Shown in pieces: positions 1 through 8,564 of a DNA stretch of 51,528 nucleotides. The notes under the pieces are model-generated. The model saw only the letters and a list, made by a program, of their open reading frames with translations, was not told the origin of the DNA and ran no database searches. The stretch covers positions 1-51,528 of the forward strand of contig CAIUFY010000064.1 in the NCBI GenBank assembly GCA_903898555.1, read 5' to 3'. The DNA comes from an uncultured Actinomycetes bacterium (GTDB lineage Bacteria > Actinomycetota > Actinomycetes > Nanopelagicales > Nanopelagicaceae). The first letter of the stretch is position 1. Every line of letters begins with the position of its first letter. The translations under genes were made by a program, and so were the position numbers.

Positions 1-908
1 CTCCACTAGATAAAGAGATTCGAGTCGTCGGTGTAGATATTTCTTTTGTAACATTCCTACGCCGAATCTTTCCTGGAGGTCTGGGCCGCAGAGCAACTCC
101 ACAACACGTCTTGGATTGGTCAACAGTTGCCTCACTCGCTGATTCATCAGGAGTGGTAAAAACTTCGGGATCAAAAACAGCACTTTCCCAACTTCGTCCC
201 GCCGACTTGGCTGACCTCATCGAAGATCTCGCCGGTCGAGAACAAAGTGCACTTATTGAACTCTTGGATCCAGAACTCGCCGCTGATGCACTTGAGGAAA
301 TGGAAGATGAAGAGCTGCAAGGTCTTCTCCGTGGTTTGCCCGAAGAGCGCGCTGCCCAACTTCTAAGTCGGATGGAACCGGATGAATCTGCAGAAGTTCT
401 CCGTGACCTGGATGAAGAGCACAGAGAAGATATCTTGAAGGCCATGGACGCAAAAATGGCAAAACAACTTCGACAACTCATTTCATTTGACGAAACTCTT
501 GCCGGTGGAATCATGACAACACACATGGTGATTGCCCACGAAGGCGACACTGTGGGTGAGGCGTTGCAATTGCTCGTTGAGAGCAGAGATAGAGATATTT
601 CAGATGGCGTTGTGATGGTTGATGCAAAAGGCAAGCTCATCGACCACATTCAAATAATTGAGCTGGTCGCCGCAAAGCCCGGCGATGCGCTGAGCACTCT
701 TATTGGCCCTCCATATCCGACGGCAGTCAATATTGATTCTCCTCTCGAGGAAGTGATTGAAGAATTCTCAAACAACCGTGGTGCATCAATTGTTGTTATT
801 GATGAAAAGGGCAAACCTGTCGGGCGAATCCTCGCCGATGACTTGGTTGATGCCTTGAAACCTGAAGAGCAACATGGATTATCTAAAGGTACGGGTGCGC
901 TTCAATGA
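1..908 (+). CDS. MgtE N-terminal domain / CBS-pair cytosolic protein (5' end outside window)
   Basis: The reading frame is open from the window edge, with no stop before the TTG at 111, so the gene is 5'-truncated. Acidic helical repeats (DLIEDL, ELLDPELAADALEEMEDEE, RMEPDESAEVLRDLDEEHREDIL) are typical of MgtE_N. Two CBS-like repeats follow (IMTTHMVIAHEGDTVGEAL; VIEEFSNNRGASIVVIDEKGKPVGRI). There is no TM segment. Confidence 0.8.
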   Translation, partial: PLDKEIRVVGVDISFVTFLRRIFPGGLGRRATPQHVLDWSTVASLADSSGVVKTSGSKTALSQLRPADLADLIEDLAGREQSALIELLDPELAADALEEMEDEELQGLLRGLPEERAAQLLSRMEPDESAEVLRDLDEEHREDILKAMDAKMAKQLRQLISFDETLAGGIMTTHMVIAHEGDTVGEALQLLVESRDRDISDGVVMVDAKGKLIDHIQIIELVAAKPGDALSTLIGPPYPTAVNIDSPLEEVIEEFSNNRGASIVVIDEKGKPVGRILADDLVDALKPEEQHGLSKGTGALQ

Positions 909-2140
909 CAACGCAACGCAAAATTCGTTTAGCAGCACTTCTATCTGTCATGGGGCCAGGTGTAATCGCCGGCCTCTCAGATGATGATCCTGCCGGTATT
1001 ACGACGTACTCCCAGCTTGGGGCGAAGTTTGCCTATCAAATGTTATGGGTATTAGTTATCTCAACTATCGCGTTGATTCTCTTCCAAGATTTAGGTGCGC
1101 GAATTGGTGTTGTTACTCGTCAAGGCTTGATTGGGCTTGTTCGTCAAAAATACGGTGCTCGCTCGGGAACTTTGAGTGCGGTCGCACTTTTGATCGCAAA
1201 CTTTGGAACTTTGACTGCAGAGTTCGCGGGTATTGCAGCTGCCGGGCAACTATTTGGTTATTCGCGTTTTATCACTGTTCCAGCCGCAGCGCTCATCGTT
1301 TCATTTCTGGTTCTTCGAGGATCTTTCGCTCGTGTTGAGAAAGTATTCTTTGTTTTGTCAGCGGTATTTATTTCATATGTTGTTGCAGGTTTTATGTCGC
1401 ATCCAAATTGGGGTAAAGCTCTTCACGGCGTAGTAGTTCCAACAATGCCATTTACTCACGATGCAATTTATATTGCTACAGCGACTCTTGGAACAACACT
1501 TGCACCCTGGGGTCTGGCATTTATTCAATCGTATGCAGTAGATAAGCGCCTGACTCGCGACGACTTAAAGCTGTTGCGCGTTGATGTTTGGACTGGCTCA
1601 CTTCTTACAGGAATCATTGGATTCTTTGTAATTGTTACCTGCGCAGCAACCCTGAATAAAGAAGGCCAAACAAATATCACCGATGCGGCCCAAGCTGCTC
1701 GCGCACTTGAACCACTTGCCGGAACTCTCGCAAAAGCCCTCTTCGCAGTCGGCCTTGTGGGCGCAGCGCTCCTTGCCGCATCTATCCTTCCTCTCTCCAC
1801 TGCCTACTCGGTGGGCGATTTAACTGGCCAGCCTGCCGCCTTAGATGATGGTCCAAAAGATGCACCGCTTTTCTACGCGACATTTGGCGCAATGACTTTC
1901 TGCGCAGCTGGGCTGATCTTGTTGCCTGGAGTGCCGCTTATTCGAGTTCTTGTTCTTACTCAGATTCTTAATGCGATCCTCCTGTTGCCGCTTTTGTTCT
2001 TTATGTACGGAATCTCGCGCGATACTCGATTGATGGGCGAATATGCATCGACAAAACGGATGCGATTTGTTTACGGTGTCATCATCTCTCTAGTAGCCCT
2101 CTGCGTGGTCGCGCTTCTCTGGTTTACAGTTCATCCTTGA
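905..2140 (+). CDS. NRAMP-family transporter with NRMT-like (Mg2+-type) site substitutions
   Basis: The ATG overlaps the upstream stop (ATGA, 905-908). The protein is polytopic. The NRAMP TM1 region reads GPGVIAGLSDDDPAGITTYSQLGAKFAYQMLWV, with DPGN changed to DPAG. The TM6 region reads GTTLAPW in place of GAxxMPH. Confidence 0.85.
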   Translation: MTTQRKIRLAALLSVMGPGVIAGLSDDDPAGITTYSQLGAKFAYQMLWVLVISTIALILFQDLGARIGVVTRQGLIGLVRQKYGARSGTLSAVALLIANFGTLTAEFAGIAAAGQLFGYSRFITVPAAALIVSFLVLRGSFARVEKVFFVLSAVFISYVVAGFMSHPNWGKALHGVVVPTMPFTHDAIYIATATLGTTLAPWGLAFIQSYAVDKRLTRDDLKLLRVDVWTGSLLTGIIGFFVIVTCAATLNKEGQTNITDAAQAARALEPLAGTLAKALFAVGLVGAALLAASILPLSTAYSVGDLTGQPAALDDGPKDAPLFYATFGAMTFCAAGLILLPGVPLIRVLVLTQILNAILLLPLLFFMYGISRDTRLMGEYASTKRMRFVYGVIISLVALCVVALLWFTVHP

Positions 2141-3024
2141 TGAAACAACAGGACCACTCGGCGCTTCCTCAAGGCCGTGATATTCCCTATTTATTATTAG
2201 GAATCATTGGGATTGGAACTTCTGGTCCGCTAATTGCAAAGAGCACCATGCCAGTCCCCACATTAGTTTTCTGGAGAAACATCATTGGCGCTCTTGTTAT
2301 GTCGCCTTTTGCGATTCGCAATAAAGAGTGGAGAGACCCCCAAAAGCGAAAGCTTGTGGGCCAGTCGGCCTTAGCTGGAGTATTCCTAGCCTTTCACTTC
2401 CTAGCCTTCTTTCTTGCAATGAGATTTACATCAGTCGCCGCCGGTACTGCGCTAGCCGCGCTCCAACCAATATTCGCCGCCACATATGTTCGTTTTAAAG
2501 GTGAACATATTTCAACGACTTCGCTTGTAGGAATGTTCGTAGCATTTGGTTCGGTTTTCGTTATTACGGGTGTCGACTTTGCGCTTTCTATGAGAGCTTT
2601 CGTTGGGGATTTATTTGGTTTGGTTTGCGCTGCTCTTGCCGCAACGTATGTGGGAATTGGTTCGAAAGTTCAACGCGAACTTGCAACTTCGACTTACACA
2701 ACTATTTGTTACGCCGCTTGCGGTGCCACGGTTCTTCCTTTTATTATTTTTGGAAAACTACAATTTATACACTTCTCAAAGGGTGAGTGGTTTCTTCTTG
2801 TCCTCCTCATAATCGGTGCCCAATTCATGGGCCATACACTTTTCAATTTAGTCTTGAAGCGCGTATCGCCTGTTGTTGTTTCTCTTATAGTGTTTTTTGA
2901 AGTACCGGTCGCTGCCGTTGTTGCGTGGATTTGGTTGCACCAATCTCCTTCTGGAGGGTTGTATGTGGGGATTATTGGAATCTTGATAGGTTGTTCAATA
3001 TTTGTAGTAGGTGGAAAGAAATGA
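2140..3024 (+). CDS. EamA/DMT-family transporter
   Basis: ATG 2140 overlaps the upstream TGA (TGATG); a TTG at 2137 is also possible. About ten hydrophobic segments fall into two halves, as in the EamA duplication. The call is based on topology only. Confidence 0.7.
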   Translation: MKQQDHSALPQGRDIPYLLLGIIGIGTSGPLIAKSTMPVPTLVFWRNIIGALVMSPFAIRNKEWRDPQKRKLVGQSALAGVFLAFHFLAFFLAMRFTSVAAGTALAALQPIFAATYVRFKGEHISTTSLVGMFVAFGSVFVITGVDFALSMRAFVGDLFGLVCAALAATYVGIGSKVQRELATSTYTTICYAACGATVLPFIIFGKLQFIHFSKGEWFLLVLLIIGAQFMGHTLFNLVLKRVSPVVVSLIVFFEVPVAAVVAWIWLHQSPSGGLYVGIIGILIGCSIFVVGGKK

Positions 3025-3869
3025 TTGATTTACATACGCACACAAATATCAGCGACGGGACTGATACACCCGCGCAACTTATAAATAAGGCTCTTGCCTC
3101 GGGAATAGAAGTTCTTGCGCTAACAGATCACGACAGCATCGCAGGGTGGGGAGAAGCAGCCCAACATCTTCGTCCCGGTCTTGACCTCGCATTAGGCGCA
3201 GAAATTTCGTGTCAGACTGAGGATGGAATAAGTGTTCACATGCTCGGTTTGCTTTTCGACTCCGAGCATTTGGAGCTCCAAGAGGTATTGGCGCAAACTC
3301 GTGAAAATCGTCATGGTCGCATGGGAAAAATCATCGCGCGAATGAATGAAGCGGGTATTGATATTTCAATGGAGGAAGTTTTATTTCAGCTTTCAGAGGG
3401 CGCGACACTGGGAAGACCTCATTTAGCTGATGCCATGGTTGCGAAAGGACTTGCGAAGAGCAGGGATGAAATCTTCGAAAAGTGGCTTCACAATAATTCG
3501 CCCTATTACGTTGCCCACTATTCACCTACGCCGGAGCGAGCAATTAAGTTAATTAAGGCTGCAGGGGGAGTCGCGGTTATTGCACACCCAATGGCATCTC
3601 TTCGGGGCAGGACGGTTTCAGTTGAGAGCTTCACTTCTTATGTTGAAGCTGGCTTAGATGGAATTGAAGTATTTCACCGCGATCATTCAGCTGATCAAAA
3701 GATTTTACTCACTCAAATTGTAAAAGACCTTGGGATTCTTCGAACCGGCTCAAGTGATTACCACGGAAATGGAAAGCTCAATGAGCTCGGTGAAAATACG
3801 ACCGAACCAGATCAATGGGAAGCGCTAGAAAGCAAAGCATCTGCCCGTCGTGTGGTGAAAAAAGCTTAG
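3021..3869 (+). CDS. PHP-domain phosphoesterase (TrpH/YciV-like)
   Basis: N-terminus MIDLHTHTNISDGT, then LALTDHD, IAHP and SSDYHG, which are PHP metal-ligand motifs. ATG 3021 overlaps the upstream stop (ATGA). The 2925 start in the ORF track lies inside the previous gene. Confidence 0.85.
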   Translation: MIDLHTHTNISDGTDTPAQLINKALASGIEVLALTDHDSIAGWGEAAQHLRPGLDLALGAEISCQTEDGISVHMLGLLFDSEHLELQEVLAQTRENRHGRMGKIIARMNEAGIDISMEEVLFQLSEGATLGRPHLADAMVAKGLAKSRDEIFEKWLHNNSPYYVAHYSPTPERAIKLIKAAGGVAVIAHPMASLRGRTVSVESFTSYVEAGLDGIEVFHRDHSADQKILLTQIVKDLGILRTGSSDYHGNGKLNELGENTTEPDQWEALESKASARRVVKKA

Positions 3870-4120
3870 AGAGCCGTAAACCCAACTCGACGATCTGGTG
3901 AATCTCCAAGTTCAACGAAAGCAATCTTCTTCGCAGGAATTACCGTGCTCTGATTTTTGATATCGGTGATCACAAGTGGCGACTCGTTCTTGAGAGCATC
4001 TTGAACCAATGCAAGAACTTGGTCTGAACTTAGAGCAGTTTCGATTCGAAGTTCATGATTAGAGTCGCTAATTCCGATGCGAACATCGGTGTTCTGAGAG
4101 TCTGATTTCTTTGTAGCCAT
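3866..4120 (-). CDS. DUF3107-family protein
   Basis: 84 aa. The pattern VRIGISDSNHELRIE...PLVITDIKNQSTVIPAKKIAFVELGDSPDRRVGF matches the conserved actinobacterial DUF3107 layout. The 3' end overlaps the convergent PHP gene by 4 nt. Confidence 0.75.
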   Translation of the reverse strand: MATKKSDSQNTDVRIGISDSNHELRIETALSSDQVLALVQDALKNESPLVITDIKNQSTVIPAKKIAFVELGDSPDRRVGFTAL

Positions 4121-4136
4121 AATGAAAGTTTAGTGG

Positions 4137-4742
4137 CTAATCGTGACGAGGAAAACCAGAAATTCCGCGCCATATCTGCCCAGAAACAAGTACAACAGCT
4201 TCTTCGCGCGAAATCTTTTGATCCCGCTCTAGCCAATGTCTGGCAGCTGATTGAACATTTCCAATCAAACCAGTTGCAAGCATCATTGAAACTTCTTTAC
4301 TCATCCCAGTTTCAAGAGAGATGACCGCTGAGAAAGCAGCTGCGCAGTCATACGTCATGCGCGTTAAACGCTCACGAACCTTAGGCTCGATTGCCATATC
4401 GCTCTCAAAGAGAAGTCGAAATGCTTCGCCTTCGTGATTTATAAAATCAAAATAGGCAGCAACCGTTGCAGCTACCCGGTCACCGTTGTCAGTCTTTGAC
4501 GCAACTGCCTTTTGAATGTCAAAAAGAAGTGAATCGATGTGCAGGTCTAAAACTGCGAGGTACAGATCTAACTTCGATGGAAAGTGTTGGTATAAAACCG
4601 GCTTGCTGACGCTGGCTCGGTCGGCAATCTCATCCATAGGGGCGGAGTGATACCCCGCTTGGGTAAAGACCTCTAGCGCGGCGTTGAGCAGTTGAGCTCG
4701 ACGTTCATCGCGAGGTAAACGGTTTTTTGAGTCAGTAGTCAT
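4137..4742 (-). CDS. TetR-family transcriptional regulator
   Basis: N-terminal HTH region RRAQLLNAALEVFTQAGYHSAPMDEIADRASVSKPVLYQHFPSKLDLY. Start reassigned to ATG 4742 (MTTDSKN...). The gene is divergent from mshB. Confidence 0.85.
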   Translation of the reverse strand: MTTDSKNRLPRDERRAQLLNAALEVFTQAGYHSAPMDEIADRASVSKPVLYQHFPSKLDLYLAVLDLHIDSLLFDIQKAVASKTDNGDRVAATVAAYFDFINHEGEAFRLLFESDMAIEPKVRERLTRMTYDCAAAFSAVISLETGMSKEVSMMLATGLIGNVQSAARHWLERDQKISREEAVVLVSGQIWRGISGFPRHD

Positions 4743-4808
4743 TAGGGGAATCGTATGGTCATAAGCAGGAAATTGCACCTGTGTATGCAGAACCACCAAA
4801 ATAGCCTC

Positions 4809-5675
4809 ATGACAACCCCATCCCGCCGAGCGCTGCTTGTTCATGCCCATCCAGATGACGAAACAATCAATAACGGGGCAACTATGGCCATGTACGCCGC
4901 CGCGGGCGTAGGCGTCACCTTGGTGACGTGTACTCGAGGCGAAGAGGGCGAAGTCCTTGTTCCAGACCTATCTCACCTAGCAAGCCACGCAAATGACGAG
5001 TTAGGGGTTCACCGCGAAACTGAATTGGCAAACGCAATGAACGCTCTTGGAGTGAGTGACCACCGATTCCTCGGAGCGCCCACAAAGAAGTATCGCGATA
5101 GCGGAATGATGGGAAAAGAACCTAATAATCGCCCTGATGTCTTTTGGCAGGCAAATGTGGATGAAGCAGCAGAAGAATTAGTAAAAATAATTTTGGAGAT
5201 TAAGCCGCAAGTATTGGTGACATACGATGAATTTGGTGGATACGGACATCCTGATCATATTCAGGCGCACCGCGTTGCTATGAGAGCTGCTGAATTGGCA
5301 GCACCTCAATGGGAGATACAAAAGATTTATTGGAACACAATGCCAAAATCCATCATCCAGATGGGTATAGAGAAAATGAAAGAAATTGGCTCTGATTTCT
5401 TTGGCGTTGAAAGTGCAGATGACCTTCCATTTGCGAAAGATGACTCTTTTGTAACAACAAGAATCAGTGCCCCTACATTTGCTAAAAATAAAATCGAAGC
5501 CATGAAGGCTCATCCGACTCAAATAACTTTGGATGGACCCTTCTTCGCTTTATCTAACAACTTAGGTGTTGAAGTTCTTGGAGACGAGTACTACACACTC
5601 GTCAAGGGAGAAAAGTCTGCGCCGTTTGATAGCGAAGGTCGAGAGACTGACTTATTTAGCGGAGTCGAGTCCTAA
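4809..5675 (+). CDS. mshB: GlcNAc-Ins deacetylase MshB (LmbE/PIG-L family)
   Basis: [10 protein letters not shown] and [12 protein letters not shown] zinc-site motifs of the LmbE family. The size is about that of MshB. ATG 4809 immediately precedes the conserved N-terminus. Confidence 0.8.
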   Translation: MTTPSRRALLVHAHPDDETINNGATMAMYAAAGVGVTLVTCTRGEEGEVLVPDLSHLASHANDELGVHRETELANAMNALGVSDHRFLGAPTKKYRDSGMMGKEPNNRPDVFWQANVDEAAEELVKIILEIKPQVLVTYDEFGGYGHPDHIQAHRVAMRAAELAAPQWEIQKIYWNTMPKSIIQMGIEKMKEIGSDFFGVESADDLPFAKDDSFVTTRISAPTFAKNKIEAMKAHPTQITLDGPFFALSNNLGVEVLGDEYYTLVKGEKSAPFDSEGRETDLFSGVES

Positions 5676-7046
5676 GCCCAATATTTGATCTAGCGTTAAG
5701 AAAATTGCAACCTTAATCGAAGCGTCAACGGATATATCTTTTTCTAGCGCACGTAATTTCACTAGCGCACGCGGAAAGTCAAAATCATTTCTAATCAGAA
5801 CTAAGAAATCTTCGATATCAACACCGATGGCTGGTGTGCCCCACTCGGAAACTCTCAGCCTCCATCTTTTAATTGTTTTGTCCGCTGCTCGGATTGCATC
5901 CCACGATAAATCTAATTGATTGCGGTATTTACTCTCTAAAAAGGTGAGTCGAAGAGAAAGTGGGTCAAATCCCTTCTCAATCACATCGGAGACAAGCAGA
6001 ACATTTCCAGAGCTTTTCGACATCTTTTTGCCCTCAAAAAGGAGATGTTCTCCATGAAGCCAGTGGGAGACAACCTCTCGATGTGCAACTGAATTAGATT
6101 GCGCCCGCTCGTTCTCGTGGTGCGGAAAGCGAAGATCGATTCCTCCGATATGTAAATCAACGCGGCGGTCTAGGTATTTCATCGACATTGTTGAACATTC
6201 GATATGCCAGCCAGGAAAACCTTTGCCCCATGGTGAGTCCCACACCATTTCATCTCGGTCGCCGGCGCTTTTCCATAACGCCCAATCGGCATGAAATCTC
6301 TTCTCGCCATCGTCTACGTAGTCATATCGATGCCCAGGCTTAAGTGCATCAAGGCGATTCCCGCTTATGGCTCCATAAGAATCAAATTTTTCTGCAGAGA
6401 AATAAACTGAGTTGTCCGCTCCGACGTATGCAAACTCGTTTTCGATTAACGTCAAAATCATCTCTTGCATGAGCGAAATAGATTCACTTGCTCTAGGGGA
6501 ATGATCAGCATGTGCAATATTGAGGCGAGTCAAGTCCTTGAAAAAACGCTCTTCATAATCTCTAGCGATTTCGATTGGACTACGTTTTTCGATAGCTGCT
6601 TCTTCTAGTAATTTGTCTTCAAAGTTTTCGGACATGTGTCCGACATCGGTAATATTTTGCACGACGCATGGATGCCAACCATCAAATTTGAGAATTCTGG
6701 CCACAAGGTCTGGAAGAAGAAATGTCCTCAGATTTCCAACATGTGCGTCTCGATAGACCGTCGGGCCGCAACAGTAAATGTGGACTCTCTTGCCTACGCG
6801 TGCGCAGATTTCCTCAACTTCTCTTGATTGAGTGTTGTAGAGGCGTAGCCCAGTCCCCGTTTGGGTTGACGGGATGAGCTTCCATAAAGCGACTCGACTT
6901 GGATCAAAAGATGCCAGTTCCCCTGACTTCTTTCGAATACTTGTCTCGGTTTCCAGAGTGCCAAGGATGTCTCGAAACCCACCGTCTTCGGCAAATAGGC
7001 GCACCGAGACCTTTGAGCCAATTGCATCCAATCCGGGCAGTTCCAT
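5652..7046 (-). CDS. mshC: CysRS/MshC-family cysteine ligase lacking an anticodon-binding domain, probably MshC, with an extra N-terminal domain
   Basis: Class-I synthetase core motifs: [37 protein letters not shown]. Only about 125 aa follow KMSKS, as in MshC. The gene is adjacent to mshB, with convergent 24-nt overlapping 3' ends. The core motifs resemble CysRS more than M. tuberculosis MshC, so the assignment is tentative. Confidence 0.6.
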   Translation of the reverse strand: MELPGLDAIGSKVSVRLFAEDGGFRDILGTLETETSIRKKSGELASFDPSRVALWKLIPSTQTGTGLRLYNTQSREVEEICARVGKRVHIYCCGPTVYRDAHVGNLRTFLLPDLVARILKFDGWHPCVVQNITDVGHMSENFEDKLLEEAAIEKRSPIEIARDYEERFFKDLTRLNIAHADHSPRASESISLMQEMILTLIENEFAYVGADNSVYFSAEKFDSYGAISGNRLDALKPGHRYDYVDDGEKRFHADWALWKSAGDRDEMVWDSPWGKGFPGWHIECSTMSMKYLDRRVDLHIGGIDLRFPHHENERAQSNSVAHREVVSHWLHGEHLLFEGKKMSKSSGNVLLVSDVIEKGFDPLSLRLTFLESKYRNQLDLSWDAIRAADKTIKRWRLRVSEWGTPAIGVDIEDFLVLIRNDFDFPRALVKLRALEKDISVDASIKVAIFLTLDQILGLGLDSAK

Positions 7047-7160
7047 ACAGGAATTTAAGCCTATTTACTGGGCAGTGACGAATGATGCTTGAAAGGTGTC
7101 CTCAAAATGACCAATATGAGTTTAGAATTTGAGCCTTACACATAATATTTGGGAGAAGCC

Positions 7161-7481
7161 ATGACCTACGTAATCGCAGAGCCTTGCATCGACGTTAAGG
7201 ACAAGTCCTGCATCGAAGAGTGTCCAGTTGATTGCATTTACGAGGGTAATCGAATGCTTTATATCCAACCCGACGAGTGTGTGGATTGCGGAGCATGCGA
7301 ACCAGTCTGTCCCGTTGAAGCGATTTACTATGAAGATGATGTACCTGCGCAATGGAAAGAATTCCGCGGCGCTAACTCAGAGTTCTTTGTAGAAATTGGT
7401 TCTCCTGGCGGTGCAAGCAAAGTTGGAGTTACAAATTCTGATCACACGATTGTTGTTGCAGTTCCGCCCAAGTCGAATTAA
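7161..7481 (+). CDS. fdxA: 7Fe ferredoxin (3Fe-4S + 4Fe-4S)
   Basis: MTYVIAEPCIDVKDKSCIEECPVDCIY...CVDCGACEPVCPVEAI is the classical FdxA-type cysteine pattern. GGGAGA lies upstream of ATG 7161. Confidence 0.9.
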   Translation: MTYVIAEPCIDVKDKSCIEECPVDCIYEGNRMLYIQPDECVDCGACEPVCPVEAIYYEDDVPAQWKEFRGANSEFFVEIGSPGGASKVGVTNSDHTIVVAVPPKSN

Positions 7482-7490
7482 GGAATTCAA

Positions 7491-8564
7491 CTGAAACTTC
7501 CAGATTTTCCGTGGGACACCCTTGCCCCCTTTGGGGAAAAAGCTCGGTTACACCCGGATGGAATAATTGATCTTTCAGTTGGAACGCCAGTTGACCCAAC
7601 GCCAGAATTTATTCAAGAAGAGTTAATTCGCGCATCCAATTCTCCTGGATACCCCCTCACAGTCGGATCTCCTGATTTGCGAATTGCTATGCGAAATTGG
7701 GCGCAAAGAGCTCTTGGCGTAACTGGCGAATTTGATGTTCTTCCAACAATTGGCTCAAAGGAACTAGTTGCTTGGTTACCGACTTTCTTGAAATCAAAAA
7801 GCGTGAATTACCCAGAGATTGCCTATCCAACCTATTTGGTTGGCGCGCTGATTGCGCAAGCGCAAGCAACTCCAGTGGGAATTTCTCCAGCAACGTGGAA
7901 AAAGGCCGATTTAACTTGGATTAATTCACCATCGAATCCGACAGGCCGAGTTCATTCCCGTGAAGAACTTCAGGCAGCTATCGATTTCAGCCGAAAGAAC
8001 GGCGCTGTCCTTGCTTCCGATGAGTGCTATTTGAATTTTCCTTCGACTGGTAAAACTGCGCCAATCTCAATTCTCAGCGTCGCCGCCGGAGATAACAAAA
8101 ACCTTTTGTCAGTTGTATCCCTCTCTAAGAGAAGTAATCTTGCTGGTTATCGGGCGGGTCTGATTGTCGGAGATGTTCAATTAATTTCCCAAATACGTGA
8201 GATTCGAAAGCATGCGGGAATGTTGGTTCCTGGACCTGTTCAACGAGCAATGGCTGTTGCACTTGGAGATGAGGTTCATGTCGCAGAGCAAGCAGCACGG
8301 TATGCCGCACGCCGGGATGTACTTCGTCCAGCGCTTGAAAGTGCCGGTTTTTCAATTGAATTTACAGATGCAGGGCTATACATATGGTGCACCCGAAAAG
8401 AAAGTGATTGGGATTCAATTACTTGGCTTGCTGATCGCGGAGTCCTAGCCACTCCCGGACGCTTTTATGGTGAAGCAGGTTCACAACATATTCGCGTAGC
8501 GCTAACTGCCACCGACGCACAGATTAAAAACGCCGCAATCAGAATTGCTTCCACGCATGTCTAA
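7491..8564 (+). CDS. dapC: Succinyldiaminopimelate aminotransferase (class I aminotransferase)
   Basis: The conserved N-terminus LKLPDFPWDTLAPFGEKARLHPDGIIDLSVGTPVDPTP lies upstream of the first ATG/GTG/TTG at 7677. The PLP-lysine region is SLSKRSNLAGYR. The start is inferred at CTG 7491, preceded by AAGGA; ATT 7485 is an alternative. Confidence 0.75.
   Translation: MKLPDFPWDTLAPFGEKARLHPDGIIDLSVGTPVDPTPEFIQEELIRASNSPGYPLTVGSPDLRIAMRNWAQRALGVTGEFDVLPTIGSKELVAWLPTFLKSKSVNYPEIAYPTYLVGALIAQAQATPVGISPATWKKADLTWINSPSNPTGRVHSREELQAAIDFSRKNGAVLASDECYLNFPSTGKTAPISILSVAAGDNKNLLSVVSLSKRSNLAGYRAGLIVGDVQLISQIREIRKHAGMLVPGPVQRAMAVALGDEVHVAEQAARYAARRDVLRPALESAGFSIEFTDAGLYIWCTRKESDWDSITWLADRGVLATPGRFYGEAGSQHIRVALTATDAQIKNAAIRIASTHV

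Noticed and set aside
2925-3020. The longer 5' extensions offered by the ORF track. Examples are the PHP gene from 2925, TetR to 4850, mshB from 4755, ahcY from 16285, the Rv3235-family gene to 23934 and the lipoprotein to 51117.
   Set aside because: The extensions run into neighbouring genes or lack homology-like sequence. Internal ATG/GTG codons sit directly before the conserved N-termini, often with a Shine-Dalgarno sequence or a stop-start overlap. The Rv3235-family start remains genuinely uncertain.
7479-7481. An FdxA-DapC fusion protein made by stop-codon readthrough, since the two genes are in the same frame.
   Set aside because: A ferredoxin-aminotransferase fusion has no known precedent or functional logic, and the two genes are separate in other actinobacteria. 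Non-canonical initiation or reinitiation is the simpler reading.
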